This document shows, one piece after another, positions 34,742-44,011 of a DNA stretch of 48,508 bases. A program made the translations under genes and the position numbers. Numbering within the stretch: position 1 is the first letter of the stretch; each line of letters opens with the position of its first letter. The notes beneath the pieces were generated by a model. That model was not told where the DNA came from and did not search any database. It saw only the letters and a list, made by a program, of their open reading frames with translations. Source of the stretch: Patescibacteria group bacterium (lineage in GTDB: Bacteria; Patescibacteriota; Patescibacteriia; Magasanikbacterales; UBA922); the NCBI GenBank assembly GCA_035290345.1, contig DATDUP010000010.1:1-48508 (forward strand), in the 5' to 3' direction.

Positions 34742-37192
34742 TTATTCCCGGGTTTCCGCTTGAAATTTCTTTTCCAATCGCTGGCGTACCTGTTGGTGTA
34801 CCGTCACCACTTCTTCAGCAGACAAAGTTTTAATTTCAGAACGATAGGTGAGGTGAAAAGCCAGACTCTTTTTATTTTCCCCTATTTTTGAACCGACATA
34901 CACATCAAATAATTCCACGGCTTGCAACAACGGGCTGGTTTTAAGCATCTCCTGCACCAGAGCCTGCTGTTCAATCGTTTGCTCCACGACTACTGCCAAG
35001 TCCCGATTCACTGCCGGATACAAAGGCAGAGGACGATAATGCTTTTGTCCGGCCCAAACGGTCAATAATTCAGTTAAATCCAATTCCAAAAATGCGGTCC
35101 GGTTGAGTAGACCAAATTTTTCCTGAATCTCTGGATGAACCTCGGCGAGCACGCCGATGATTTTCCCTTTCACTGTAATTTCCGCAACCCGACCAGGATG
35201 GACAGCACTATTTTTTACAGCCACCACCTTCTTCAATTCCCAATTATCCGGGGCTTCTCCTAATAATCCACCCAAGGCCTCGGACAACAAGTAAAAGGGT
35301 TCAGCATATTTTCCACTCACCGCCAAACCCAAACGAATATTTTGACGTGGCAACAAACCATCGCTTTTTTCCATTTCCCGCTGACCAGCGAATTCTTTTT
35401 CAAAGACCCGGCCTACTTCAAAAAGTTTCAGCGTTTCGCCATAGGGCTGGTTATTCTCCAAATTCTCCAAAAGCCCCAACCACAGTTCCCGACGCAAGAA
35501 TGGCCGATCTTTGGCAATGGGGTTATCCAATTCCAAATATTCGTTTGTTGTTAATCCTGCTTTTTCTATCAAGCGCGGAGATAAGAAAGAATAATTAGAC
35601 ACTTCGGTAAAACCAAACTCCCAAGCTAATTTTTCTTTGAACAACCTCTCCCATCTCCGCTCTTCGTTGACTAAAGGCGGAGTGATCGCAAACTTAGGCA
35701 AACTGACCGGAATATTGCCATATCCATAGATTCGAGATATTTCCTCCACTAAATCTTCGGGGCGAGTAATATCCTTAGTCGCTCGCCACGTCGGCACGGT
35801 CACCGCCAACTCCCCTCTTTTTTCTTTTAAACAGAAACCCAAACTAGTTAAAATATCTTTTACTTTGGCCCGAGGAATTTCCATTCCAATTTTCTTCCGC
35901 AAAAATTCATCAGTCAAAATGATGGGCGAGGTAAAGAGATGAAAATCTTTTTCGTCAACAACCACACTCACCACTTTCGCCCCTGGACAAAGCTCTTTGG
36001 TCATCGCCACGGCTTTTTCCAGAGCGGCTTTGGTTAGATGAGGGTCAAGGCTTTTTTCAAACCGAGCGGAAGAATCAGTCCGAATGCCTAATTTCTGTGT
36101 GGTCTGTCGAATGTTAGCAGCCTGAAAATTGGCTGATTCAAAAATCACCGTCTGAGTCTCAACATTTATTCCGCTGTTTAATCCCCCCATAACTCCGGCC
36201 ACGGCCACAGCTTTCTCCTGATCCGCAATCACCAACATATCCTCAGTCAGTTTATGCTCTTTTTCATCTAAAGTCGTAAAGGTTTCCCCGGATTTGGCTC
36301 GCCGGGCCACAATCGTTTTTTCTTTTTCTGAACCAGACAAGAGACGGGCGTCAAAAGCATGGAGTGGCTGCCCTAAATCCATGAGGATATAATTGGTGAT
36401 ATCCACCAAATTGTTGATTGGCCGCAAGCCAACATTCAACAAACGCTGACGCAACCAAGCCGGCGACTCCTTAATTTTTATCCCCCCCACGGCCACAGCC
36501 ATGTAACGAGGACAGAGTTCTTGATCTTTTACTTCCACCCGCAAACGTAGACCCTGACCTGAAGTTATTTTGGCAGTGCGATATTCTTTCAATTTTCTCT
36601 TAGTCAACGCCGCCACCTCTCGCGCTAATCCATAATGGCCCCACAGGTCTGGCCGATGATTCATGGACTTGTTATCAATATCAAAAATAGCATCATTCAT
36701 TCCCAAGGCCTGAGCTAAAGGCGTGCCGACCGCTGCCTGGTAAGTGGATAAATCCAAAATTTCTTTTTCTTCACGAAGGGGAAACATCTCGCTCAAACCA
36801 ATTTCGGAAGATGCACAAATCATACCCTGCGATTCTACCCCGCGAATTTTGGCTGGTTCCAAAGTAATGGTTTCTCCTTCCCCGTGCCATTTGATCCGCG
36901 CCCCCACTTGCGCTAGGGCCACCTTCATCCCTGCCCGGACATTTGATCCACCGCAAACCACTTGTTTTTCTCCGGTACCATCGGCCACCAGACAGACCTG
37001 CAAACGATCCGCCCCGGGATGGGGGCTGACTTTTTTCACCAAACCCACGACAATGTTAGCCAGACTTTTTTCTTGAGAAAACAGACCATCTACTTCCACG
37101 GTACTCATCGTCAAACGTTCGGCTAATTCTTCCGGTGTCAACGAATCAGGAAGTTTGACATGATCTTTCAGCCAATTATATGAGACAAACAT
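34742..37192 (-). CDS. pheT: phenylalanine--tRNA ligase beta subunit
   Basis: MFVSYNWLKDHV at the start, then tRNA-binding, B3/4, B5 and FDX-ACB domains in order. The ATG at 37192 lies 4 nt after the pheS stop. The track ORF is extended to 37258. Confidence 0.93.
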   Translation of the reverse strand: MFVSYNWLKDHVKLPDSLTPEELAERLTMSTVEVDGLFSQEKSLANIVVGLVKKVSPHPGADRLQVCLVADGTGEKQVVCGGSNVRAGMKVALAQVGARIKWHGEGETITLEPAKIRGVESQGMICASSEIGLSEMFPLREEKEILDLSTYQAAVGTPLAQALGMNDAIFDIDNKSMNHRPDLWGHYGLAREVAALTKRKLKEYRTAKITSGQGLRLRVEVKDQELCPRYMAVAVGGIKIKESPAWLRQRLLNVGLRPINNLVDITNYILMDLGQPLHAFDARLLSGSEKEKTIVARRAKSGETFTTLDEKEHKLTEDMLVIADQEKAVAVAGVMGGLNSGINVETQTVIFESANFQAANIRQTTQKLGIRTDSSARFEKSLDPHLTKAALEKAVAMTKELCPGAKVVSVVVDEKDFHLFTSPIILTDEFLRKKIGMEIPRAKVKDILTSLGFCLKEKRGELAVTVPTWRATKDITRPEDLVEEISRIYGYGNIPVSLPKFAITPPLVNEERRWERLFKEKLAWEFGFTEVSNYSFLSPRLIEKAGLTTNEYLELDNPIAKDRPFLRRELWLGLLENLENNQPYGETLKLFEVGRVFEKEFAGQREMEKSDGLLPRQNIRLGLAVSGKYAEPFYLLSEALGGLLGEAPDNWELKKVVAVKNSAVHPGRVAEITVKGKIIGVLAEVHPEIQEKFGLLNRTAFLELDLTELLTVWAGQKHYRPLPLYPAVNRDLAVVVEQTIEQQALVQEMLKTSPLLQAVELFDVYVGSKIGENKKSLAFHLTYRSEIKTLSAEEVVTVHQQVRQRLEKKFQAETRE

Positions 37193-37196
37193 ATGA

Positions 37197-38228
37197 TTAG
37201 AATTGGTTAAGGAAACGAACATCGCTTCCCTGCAAATGCCGAATATCTTCAATGCCATATTTTTGCATGACTAAACGAGTCATCCCCAGGCCAAAGGCAA
37301 AACCCGACCACTCTTTTGGATCCAAACCGCCAAATTCCAAAACTTTGGGATGAACCAAACCACAAGGCAGAGTCTCAATCCAGCCATTGTGCTTGCAAGC
37401 GCCACAACCCTGACCGCCGCAAACCAAGCATTTCATATCTAATTCAAACCCCGGTTCCACAAAAGGAAAATACCCGGGCCGGAGCCGGACTTCCACTTCC
37501 CTTTTCAAGACACCTTGCAATAATTCTTTCATCACCCCGACTAGATGGGCCACGGAAATCTCGTGATCCACTACCAAGCCCTCCAGTTGATAAAAAGTAT
37601 GGTCATGACAAGCATCGGTTGCCTCATTGCGAAAACACCGGCCAGGGACAACAGCTCGCAACGGTGCCCCATATTTCAATAAAGCCCTTACTTGCATAGC
37701 CGAAGTCTGGGTGCGCATTACCCACTGTGGATGATCTTTAATGAAAAAAGTATCCTGAGAATCGCGCGCGGGATGTGTAGCCGAAATATTCAAAGCTTCA
37801 AAATTAAAAAACTCACTTTCCAATTCCGGACCATCCAAAACCATGAAACCCATAGAAGTAAACAAATCTTCCAAATCATTCTGAACCTGAGTATTGGGAT
37901 GGAGATGGCCCGACTGGTGGCGAGGCAAACGCGGCTGGGTAACATCAATCCCTTCTCTGTCGGCTAATTGCCCCCCGACCGTAGTCGCTAACTCCCGTTT
38001 CTTTTTGGCCAGCACTTCAGTCATTTCTTCTTTCAGCTCATTGGCCAACCGACCCATTTCTACTCGGGCTTCCGCCGAAAGTTCTTTTAATTTTTTTAAA
38101 GTCTCGGTCAATTCACCGGAACGCCGAGAAAAAAATCTCTGTTCCAGCTCTTCCAACTGGAGAGTATCCTTAATATCCTCCACGCCCTGATAAAAATCTT
38201 TTTTTATTTGCGCCAATCTATCCTTCAT
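37197..38228 (-). CDS. pheS: phenylalanine--tRNA ligase alpha subunit
   Basis: Class II motifs, including FRNEATDACHDHTFYQLEG and GFAFGLGMTRL. Confidence 0.95.
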   Translation of the reverse strand: MKDRLAQIKKDFYQGVEDIKDTLQLEELEQRFFSRRSGELTETLKKLKELSAEARVEMGRLANELKEEMTEVLAKKKRELATTVGGQLADREGIDVTQPRLPRHQSGHLHPNTQVQNDLEDLFTSMGFMVLDGPELESEFFNFEALNISATHPARDSQDTFFIKDHPQWVMRTQTSAMQVRALLKYGAPLRAVVPGRCFRNEATDACHDHTFYQLEGLVVDHEISVAHLVGVMKELLQGVLKREVEVRLRPGYFPFVEPGFELDMKCLVCGGQGCGACKHNGWIETLPCGLVHPKVLEFGGLDPKEWSGFAFGLGMTRLVMQKYGIEDIRHLQGSDVRFLNQF

Positions 38229-38241
38229 ATATTTATTTTAT

Positions 38242-39384
38242 TCATTTGATAAGGCCAAGAATGTCCCGTCCAGTGACCACCACAATCAAAGCTAACAAAA
38301 GAATATAACCAATAGCATGTGCGGCCTGTTCATATTTAACCGGCACCGGCCGACGTAGAACTTTTTCTAAAAAAACAAAAACTAAACGACCGCCGTCCAA
38401 AGCCGGAATAGGAAGAATGTTAATCGCGGCCAAACTCAAAGAAATCATGGCAGTGACGTTAATCAAATAATTCAAACCAAGTCGAGCACTGTCCCCCACC
38501 ATCACCGCAATACCAACTGGTCCGGAAACTTCAAAAGCTAATCCTTGCCCGAGGATGAGATTTTTAAGCAACAGGTAAAAAGCAATAAAAATATTAATCA
38601 AACCAATACCAGCAGCAGTGAAACCTTTGATAATTGCCCAATACCACGGATATTTAACCATGGCCGCATCTGCCAACATCACCCCCAGGCGCGGATAACT
38701 ATCGCCCGGTTTGATTAAAGCCGGAGTAATGTCCACAGTTTGTTCTTTTTCATCTTTGCTTATGGTCACGGCCACGGCCTGTCCTCCCGCCGCCTTTACT
38801 AACTCCACCATTTCGGCGGAACCAACAATGTCTTGACCATTGATCTTAGTCACCCGGTCACCATAACGGATCCCTGCTTTTTCGGCTGGCGAACCTGCTT
38901 CCACATGCTGGACCATGACCTGAGGTTCACCAATTACTTGCGCTCGCGGATCCTGGCCCAAAGATAAATCCGTTGGCAAACCAATCATAAAACCAACACT
39001 CAACAAAATCCCGGCCAAAATAATATTCATCAAGACACCGGCAACCAAAACCAACATTCTCTTTCCCGGCTTTTGAAAAGCAAAACTATCTGCATCGGTT
39101 TGGCCGCCACCTTCTTCACCCTTGATACGCACAAAACCTCCTAAAGGCAGTAAATTTAGAGAATACACTGTGGCAGGCAATTCCGTTGCTTTTTTGTTTT
39201 TTCCCCACACCCAAACCATTTTCTTTTTTTCTGGATCCTGATATACGCCAAAAAGCCGGGGCGGAAACCCAAAACCAAACTCAAAAATTCGCATTTTTGC
39301 CCAGCGGGCCGTTAAAAAATGCCCAAATTCATGCGCCAAAACCAAAACGGCCAAAACGGCGATGAATAACAATACTGTTTCCAT
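38242..39384 (-). CDS. rseP: RIP (site-2) zinc metalloprotease of the M50 family
   Basis: HEFGHF near the N-terminus, a central PDZ-like segment and a C-terminal LPIPALDGG. Confidence 0.9.
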   Translation of the reverse strand: METVLLFIAVLAVLVLAHEFGHFLTARWAKMRIFEFGFGFPPRLFGVYQDPEKKKMVWVWGKNKKATELPATVYSLNLLPLGGFVRIKGEEGGGQTDADSFAFQKPGKRMLVLVAGVLMNIILAGILLSVGFMIGLPTDLSLGQDPRAQVIGEPQVMVQHVEAGSPAEKAGIRYGDRVTKINGQDIVGSAEMVELVKAAGGQAVAVTISKDEKEQTVDITPALIKPGDSYPRLGVMLADAAMVKYPWYWAIIKGFTAAGIGLINIFIAFYLLLKNLILGQGLAFEVSGPVGIAVMVGDSARLGLNYLINVTAMISLSLAAINILPIPALDGGRLVFVFLEKVLRRPVPVKYEQAAHAIGYILLLALIVVVTGRDILGLIK

Positions 39385-39484
39385 AATTGACCGGCCTTTC
39401 TCTTCAATGATACAATTAATAGGGAAATTATCTCATACCAAGAGATAAAATTCAACAGGAGGGAAAGACTCTTAACTTTTACCT

Positions 39485-40048
39485 ATGCCGGTTCTCTATA
39501 TCAGCCTAGCCGTAGTCGCAGCCATCGTCCTCTGGCTAGTCTTTGTCTATAACGGTCTGATCCGTTTGCGTAATCGCACCCAAGAAGCATGGAGTGATAT
39601 TGATGTCCAGTTAAAACGCCGTCATGATTTGATCCCCAACCTGGTCAACAGTGTCCGGGGCTATATGGAGCATGAAAGAAATCTGTTAGAAAATATCACT
39701 CGCGCTCGTTCTCAGGCCCTTTCTGCCCAAGAAGCTGGAAACAAGGAAGAATTAGGTAAGATTGAAAGTCAACTAGGAACGATGTTGGGAAAATTGCAAA
39801 TTGCGGTAGAAGCCTATCCTGATTTAAAGGCCAATCAAAACGTTTCCCAACTAATGGATGAACTTTCCGATACAGAAAATAAAATTCAAGCCGCTCGCCG
39901 TTTCTACAACACTCAGGTACGCGACTTCAATACCAAGATGGAAGTCTTCCCGACTAATCTAGTGGCCCAAAGTTTACATTTCACCAAATTTGCTTTCTTT
40001 GAGATCGCCGAAGCCAGTGAACGCGAAAACATAGAAGTAAAACTCTAA
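39485..40048 (+). CDS. lemA: LemA family protein
   Basis: An N-terminal TM helix, YNGLIRLRN, and RRFYNTQVRDFNTKMEVFP. Confidence 0.9.
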   Translation: MPVLYISLAVVAAIVLWLVFVYNGLIRLRNRTQEAWSDIDVQLKRRHDLIPNLVNSVRGYMEHERNLLENITRARSQALSAQEAGNKEELGKIESQLGTMLGKLQIAVEAYPDLKANQNVSQLMDELSDTENKIQAARRFYNTQVRDFNTKMEVFPTNLVAQSLHFTKFAFFEIAEASERENIEVKL

Positions 40049-40052
40049 AAAC

Positions 40053-40934
40053 ATGTACAACCAGATTGATTCCAATAAACGCAAAACCGCGTTGTTAATC
40101 GCGGTCTTTCTTGTTTTTTTCCTGGCTCTAGGTTGGTTTTTAGGTGTCTATCTAGGCCATGGGTACGGTGTCTTTGCCCTTTGTCTCTTACTCTCTTTGG
40201 GTATGACCTTAGTCAGTTTTTTCCAAGGAGACAAAATCGCTCTATCTACCACCGGAGCCAAAGCTATAAACAAAGAAGACAACCCCTATGTCTATCGTCT
40301 GGTGGAAAATCTGGCCATCACCGCTGGTTTGCCTCTACCTAAAATTTACATCATTGACTCTCCGGCCATGAATGCTTTTGCCACTGGCCGCGATCCCCAA
40401 CATGCTTCTCTGGCTCTGACCACCGGCCTGATCCAAAACTTGGAGAATGAAGAGTTAGAGGGAGTAATCGCCCATGAATTGTCCCATATCCAAAATTACG
40501 ATATTCGACTGATGACCATTGTCGTTGTTTTAGTGGGGGCAATAACGCTTCTGGCCAATATCTTCTTCCGCACCCGCGGGCTGACCTCCCAACGCAATGA
40601 CAACCGCCACAACGGTCAATTAGGAGCAATTATTGCTGTCATCGGCGTTCTCTTGATTGTCCTGTCCCCGATCATTGCTGAACTAATCAAGCTGGCCATT
40701 TCCCGCAAACGAGAATTCTTGGCCGATGCCTCCGGAGTAATGCTGACCCGATATCCCGAAGGTTTGGCCAAAGCCTTGGAAAAAATAAGTCAATCCACAA
40801 TCCCTCTTAATACTGCCAACTCTGCCACCGCCCATCTCTTCATCAGCAATCCCTTTAAATCCCAATCTTGGCATCGCCTGTTTTCCACTCACCCTCCCAT
40901 TCCAGAAAGAATCGCCAAACTCCGAGGACAATAA
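40053..40934 (+). CDS. htpX: M48 family zinc protease HtpX
   Basis: HELSHIQN (HExxH), four TM segments and a downstream EFLAD. Confidence 0.9.
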   Translation: MYNQIDSNKRKTALLIAVFLVFFLALGWFLGVYLGHGYGVFALCLLLSLGMTLVSFFQGDKIALSTTGAKAINKEDNPYVYRLVENLAITAGLPLPKIYIIDSPAMNAFATGRDPQHASLALTTGLIQNLENEELEGVIAHELSHIQNYDIRLMTIVVVLVGAITLLANIFFRTRGLTSQRNDNRHNGQLGAIIAVIGVLLIVLSPIIAELIKLAISRKREFLADASGVMLTRYPEGLAKALEKISQSTIPLNTANSATAHLFISNPFKSQSWHRLFSTHPPIPERIAKLRGQ

Positions 40935-40940
40935 TAAATA

Positions 40941-41011
40941 ACGAAAAAACAGCCCAATTTGAGCTGTTTTTTGTGAGCCGTCTTTTTGAATGGTAGACGG
41001 CGAGAACCAGG
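40941..41011 (-). repeat. terminator module, copy 1 (71 nt), containing a bidirectional terminator and a second hairpin
   Basis: ACGAAAAAACAGCCCAATTTGAGCTGTTTTTTGTGAGCCGTCTTTTTGAATGGTAGACGGCGAGAACCAGG. It matches 41745-41815 at 69 of 71 positions. It also serves as the terminator for the convergent htpX. Confidence 0.9.
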
Positions 41012-41047
41012 AGGTTAGACAGTTAGACGGAAGGTGTAGGAACGGAT

Positions 41048-41614
41048 CTACGAACAGCGGTGGATATACGGGTACCGGCGTTCGACGAACGCCAGTGCCG
41101 GTGCTCCCAGCAGGATGGGAATGGTCCCACTCCCTCCTTGAAAAATTGACGTGCAACTCCAAAGGAGGAAGACGAACATCAGGTAGCACCAGTAGAGACT
41201 TGGCGGGTCAAACGCCACTTCTGGTCTCCAAGAATTCCCCTGGTGCCAGCTTGTCATGGCCTTCCAGGCCAGGTACGGCAGCAGAACAGCCGCGGCCGCT
41301 GCGGCTGCGAAATGCCATGGCCCCCATGCCTGGCTGGCCGTCTGCTCCCAGAAGGCGGAAAGCAACGCCGCTGCCACCCCCACGACCAGGGACGGCTGGG
41401 TGACGATCCGGCCGTACGCTGCCGCCAGCATGCTTTCCCCATGCTGGGCCAACAGCACCAAGCCGAGAGGGAACGCGAAGATCAGCAGCAGAACAACGAA
41501 ACCGGCAAGGACGACGTACATCATCACCTCCTGCCCGATGCCGGACAGAAGAAACGACCAGGTCGCCGCGATTGCTACCATCTTGAACGAATTACTGCTA
41601 ATTTCCTTCATCAT
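41048..41614 (-). CDS. hypothetical polytopic membrane protein, GC-rich (cassette 1)
   Basis: The ATG at 41614 is preceded by GGAGGTG. There are four or more hydrophobic segments. The track ORF extends upstream into the promoter. Confidence 0.6.
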   Translation of the reverse strand: MMKEISSNSFKMVAIAATWSFLLSGIGQEVMMYVVLAGFVVLLLIFAFPLGLVLLAQHGESMLAAAYGRIVTQPSLVVGVAAALLSAFWEQTASQAWGPWHFAAAAAAAVLLPYLAWKAMTSWHQGNSWRPEVAFDPPSLYWCYLMFVFLLWSCTSIFQGGSGTIPILLGAPALAFVERRYPYIHRCS

Positions 41615-41672
41615 GATGCACCTCCGAAGTGGCCCACCAACGGGCTGTTTTTTTACCTTCCTTGTAAAGATC

Positions 41673-41721
41673 AACCTCAAATGAACGCCGTAGTATAGCA
41701 CAAAAACCCCCTTTTGTCAAG
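41673..41721 (-). promoter_or_regulatory. promoter module, copy A (about 49 nt)
   Basis: The minus strand reads TTGACA (41720-41715), 17 nt, TATACT (41697-41692), then ACGGCGTTCATTTGAGGTT. It is nearly identical to 42475-42523. Confidence 0.65.
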
Positions 41722-41744
41722 TTGTCAAGATGGTGATAGAAGAT

Positions 41745-41815
41745 ACGAAAAAACAGCCCAATTTGAGCTGTTTTTTGTGGACCGTCTTTTTGAATGGTAG
41801 ACGGCGAGAACCAGG
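41745..41815 (-). repeat. terminator module, copy 2 (71 nt)
   Basis: It matches 40941-41011 at 69 of 71 positions (AG versus GA at two adjacent positions). Confidence 0.9.
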
Positions 41816-41861
41816 GATGAAACGGAAGGCAGAAGTAGCAACCAGAAAGGTCGCTGAGGGG

Positions 41862-42413
41862 TCAGATGTCAAGGTATCGGTGATCGATGTTAAGGTCCTG
41901 ATTTCTTTCGAGCCACCTCATCCCGAACATCCCCATGGCAGCCATCATGACTATCCATTGATCCGGGACAAGGTTGGCCGAAACTATGGTGCAATACAGG
42001 ACTGCATACCACAGCATCGACGCCCAATTGAACCAGTCGTCGGCTGTCGGCCACTTGCTCTTGATAGCTACCCGGTTTGAGAACCAGGCGACCCAGACAG
42101 CGAGGGCACAGACAATGGGCGTAAGGTATCGCACCCATTCCCAGCCCATGGTCGAGAGGGTAAAGAGGAAGGCATAACTACGTACCAGACCCGGCGTTCC
42201 CTGCACCGGCTCACTGGGACACCTCATGGCAGACTTCAACGCCATCGACCCCACCCTCAGCAGGGGCAGACCAATGGCCAAGATGCCGGCGATGGCTGCC
42301 ACGAGCCGGCAGTACTCGGTGTCTGACAACCCCCGAATCACGGCCTTAGCAATCGCAATCGCAAAAGCCGTATTGATGTACGTCATGACTTCGTCTTTCT
42401 CATAGTGCAACAT
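41862..42413 (-). CDS. hypothetical polytopic membrane protein, GC-rich, Trp-rich (cassette 2)
   Basis: The ATG at 42413 is preceded by AAAGGGGGAAAG. There are several hydrophobic segments. I saw no similarity to the cassette 1 protein. Confidence 0.6.
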   Translation of the reverse strand: MLHYEKDEVMTYINTAFAIAIAKAVIRGLSDTEYCRLVAAIAGILAIGLPLLRVGSMALKSAMRCPSEPVQGTPGLVRSYAFLFTLSTMGWEWVRYLTPIVCALAVWVAWFSNRVAIKSKWPTADDWFNWASMLWYAVLYCTIVSANLVPDQWIVMMAAMGMFGMRWLERNQDLNIDHRYLDI

Positions 42414-42474
42414 CTTTCCCCCTTTGGCCCGCGGCCGATAGATAGTTTCATCCGTAAATTGAATTGAAAGGTAC

Positions 42475-42523
42475 AAACCTCAAATGAACGCCGTAGTATA
42501 GCACGAAAAACCCCTTTTGTCAA
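42475..42523 (-). promoter_or_regulatory. promoter module, copy B (about 49 nt)
   Basis: The minus strand reads TTGACA (42522-42517), 17 nt, TATACT (42499-42494), then ACGGCGTTCATTTGAGGTT. Confidence 0.65.
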
Positions 42524-42550
42524 GAGGTTTTCGTGATATTTCAGCTAATT

Positions 42551-43918
42551 CTAGCCGTTTTCTTTGATAATCTGGGATATTTCTTGAAGCTTTTTCTGCA
42601 TTATTTCTCTGGTTTGGGCTTCAAGGTTGAGCCGGAGCAAAGGTTCGGTGTTGCTCAGACGGACATTAAACCAAAAATCAGGATAGGTAAAAAGCAGCCC
42701 ATCCAAATCATTGATTACCGCATCGTGATATTTTTCCTTCAAAACTTGCAGAACTCTTTCCTTGTTTTCCACTTCAAAGTTTATTTCCCCGGGATTCGCA
42801 TATTGATCAAGTTCTGACCAAAGCGCTGACAAAGGTTTGTCTGATTGAGACAATAATTCCAAAAAGAAAAGCAGAGAAAGTTCTGGTGATTCCAAATCAT
42901 ACATGTCATGATAGTAAAGGTGGAGGGAAAGTTCGGCAGCGAATTGCCCACCTTTTTCTTTCATGATCTTCTTTATATTCGCATGCCCGACCGGGGTCAT
43001 ACCAGTTTTCGCACCCATCGCTTCCCATTTTTCCACTACGGCCCGACTCAAACGCAAATCATACCAGAGCAAGGACCCGGGATTCTTTTTTAAAATTTCT
43101 AGACCTACCAGACCACCCACAAAAGAAGCGGGCACCACCTGCCCTTTTTCGTCAACCAACCCGATCCGATCCGCATCCCCGTCTAAAGCAAAACCAAAAT
43201 CTGCCCCGGTTTCTACTACTTTCTTTTGGAGGGCTTGGAGAGTTTCCGTTTTCAAAGGATTAGCTTCATGATTGGGGAAGCGACCATCTGGTTCCAAAAA
43301 AAGATACTCCACTTCCAGCGGTAGATCCTTTATCAATTCTAAAAAAGTCACTTTAGCCATGCCATTGCCAGCATCAATAACAATCTTTTTGGGTTGAATC
43401 CTTTTCTTGTCCACCAAGCGAAAAACTCGGGTCAGATAGTCTGCCAAAGGAGAAAACTCCTCCACCACCGCGTTCTTTTTTTCTGACCACTCTTTTTTTT
43501 CCACCAAATCCCGCAATTCATTCATCCCCGTATCCTTGCCCACTGGCAGTCCAGTATTGTAGGTAAGCTTGAAACCATTAAATTGGGCTGGATTGTGACT
43601 GGCTGTCACCATGATACCGCCAGCATGTTCAGGATAGTGGGCACAAGTGAAATTGAAAAGAGGGGTAGAAGCCAGCCCAATCGTTACCACTGCCAAACCT
43701 TCATCTTGGATACCGCGAACTAGGGCTTGAGCGTAATCAATACTAGTTGGCCTCATGTCCCAACCCACGACAATTTTTTTGCCTTGCCGGTCCACACCTC
43801 GTCTTTGCAAAAGGACCACAAAAGCCCGCCCTAAATCATAGGCTAAATCAGTTGATAATTCTGTATCCGCCAAACCGCGGATGTCATAGGCTTTAAAAAT
43901 GTGAGCAGGGAAGGACAT
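42551..43918 (-). CDS. phosphoglucomutase/phosphomannomutase family protein
   Basis: FKAYDIRG near the start, the active-site TASHNPAQFNGFK and the metal loop LDGDADR. I preferred the ATG at 43918 over the TTG at 43945. Confidence 0.9.
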   Translation of the reverse strand: MSFPAHIFKAYDIRGLADTELSTDLAYDLGRAFVVLLQRRGVDRQGKKIVVGWDMRPTSIDYAQALVRGIQDEGLAVVTIGLASTPLFNFTCAHYPEHAGGIMVTASHNPAQFNGFKLTYNTGLPVGKDTGMNELRDLVEKKEWSEKKNAVVEEFSPLADYLTRVFRLVDKKRIQPKKIVIDAGNGMAKVTFLELIKDLPLEVEYLFLEPDGRFPNHEANPLKTETLQALQKKVVETGADFGFALDGDADRIGLVDEKGQVVPASFVGGLVGLEILKKNPGSLLWYDLRLSRAVVEKWEAMGAKTGMTPVGHANIKKIMKEKGGQFAAELSLHLYYHDMYDLESPELSLLFFLELLSQSDKPLSALWSELDQYANPGEINFEVENKERVLQVLKEKYHDAVINDLDGLLFTYPDFWFNVRLSNTEPLLRLNLEAQTREIMQKKLQEISQIIKENG

Positions 43919-43934
43919 AGGGATAATATTTACT

Positions 43935-43963
43935 TTGCTAATCAACAGAAAACAGTATATAAT
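43935..43963 (+). promoter_or_regulatory. sigma70-like promoter for the clpC-like gene
   Basis: TTGCTA (43935-43940), a 17-nt spacer, then TATAAT (43958-43963). Confidence 0.5.
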
Positions 43964-44011
43964 ATAGAGGAAAAAGAGGCAATCTGCCGGTTTTTTCGGT
44001 TAAATAGGCAT

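Noticed and set aside
40683-42177. Track ORFs 40683-41189 (-), 40990-41403 (+), 41243-41698 (+), 41256-41684 (+), 41730-42080 (+), 41890-42138 (-) and 41974-42177 (+) in the cassette region.
   Set aside because: They start inside the repeated terminator modules or lie antisense to ORFs that have a consensus promoter, an SD and TM-helix patterns. They are Arg/Pro/Gly-rich low-complexity translations, typical of the wrong frame in GC-rich DNA.
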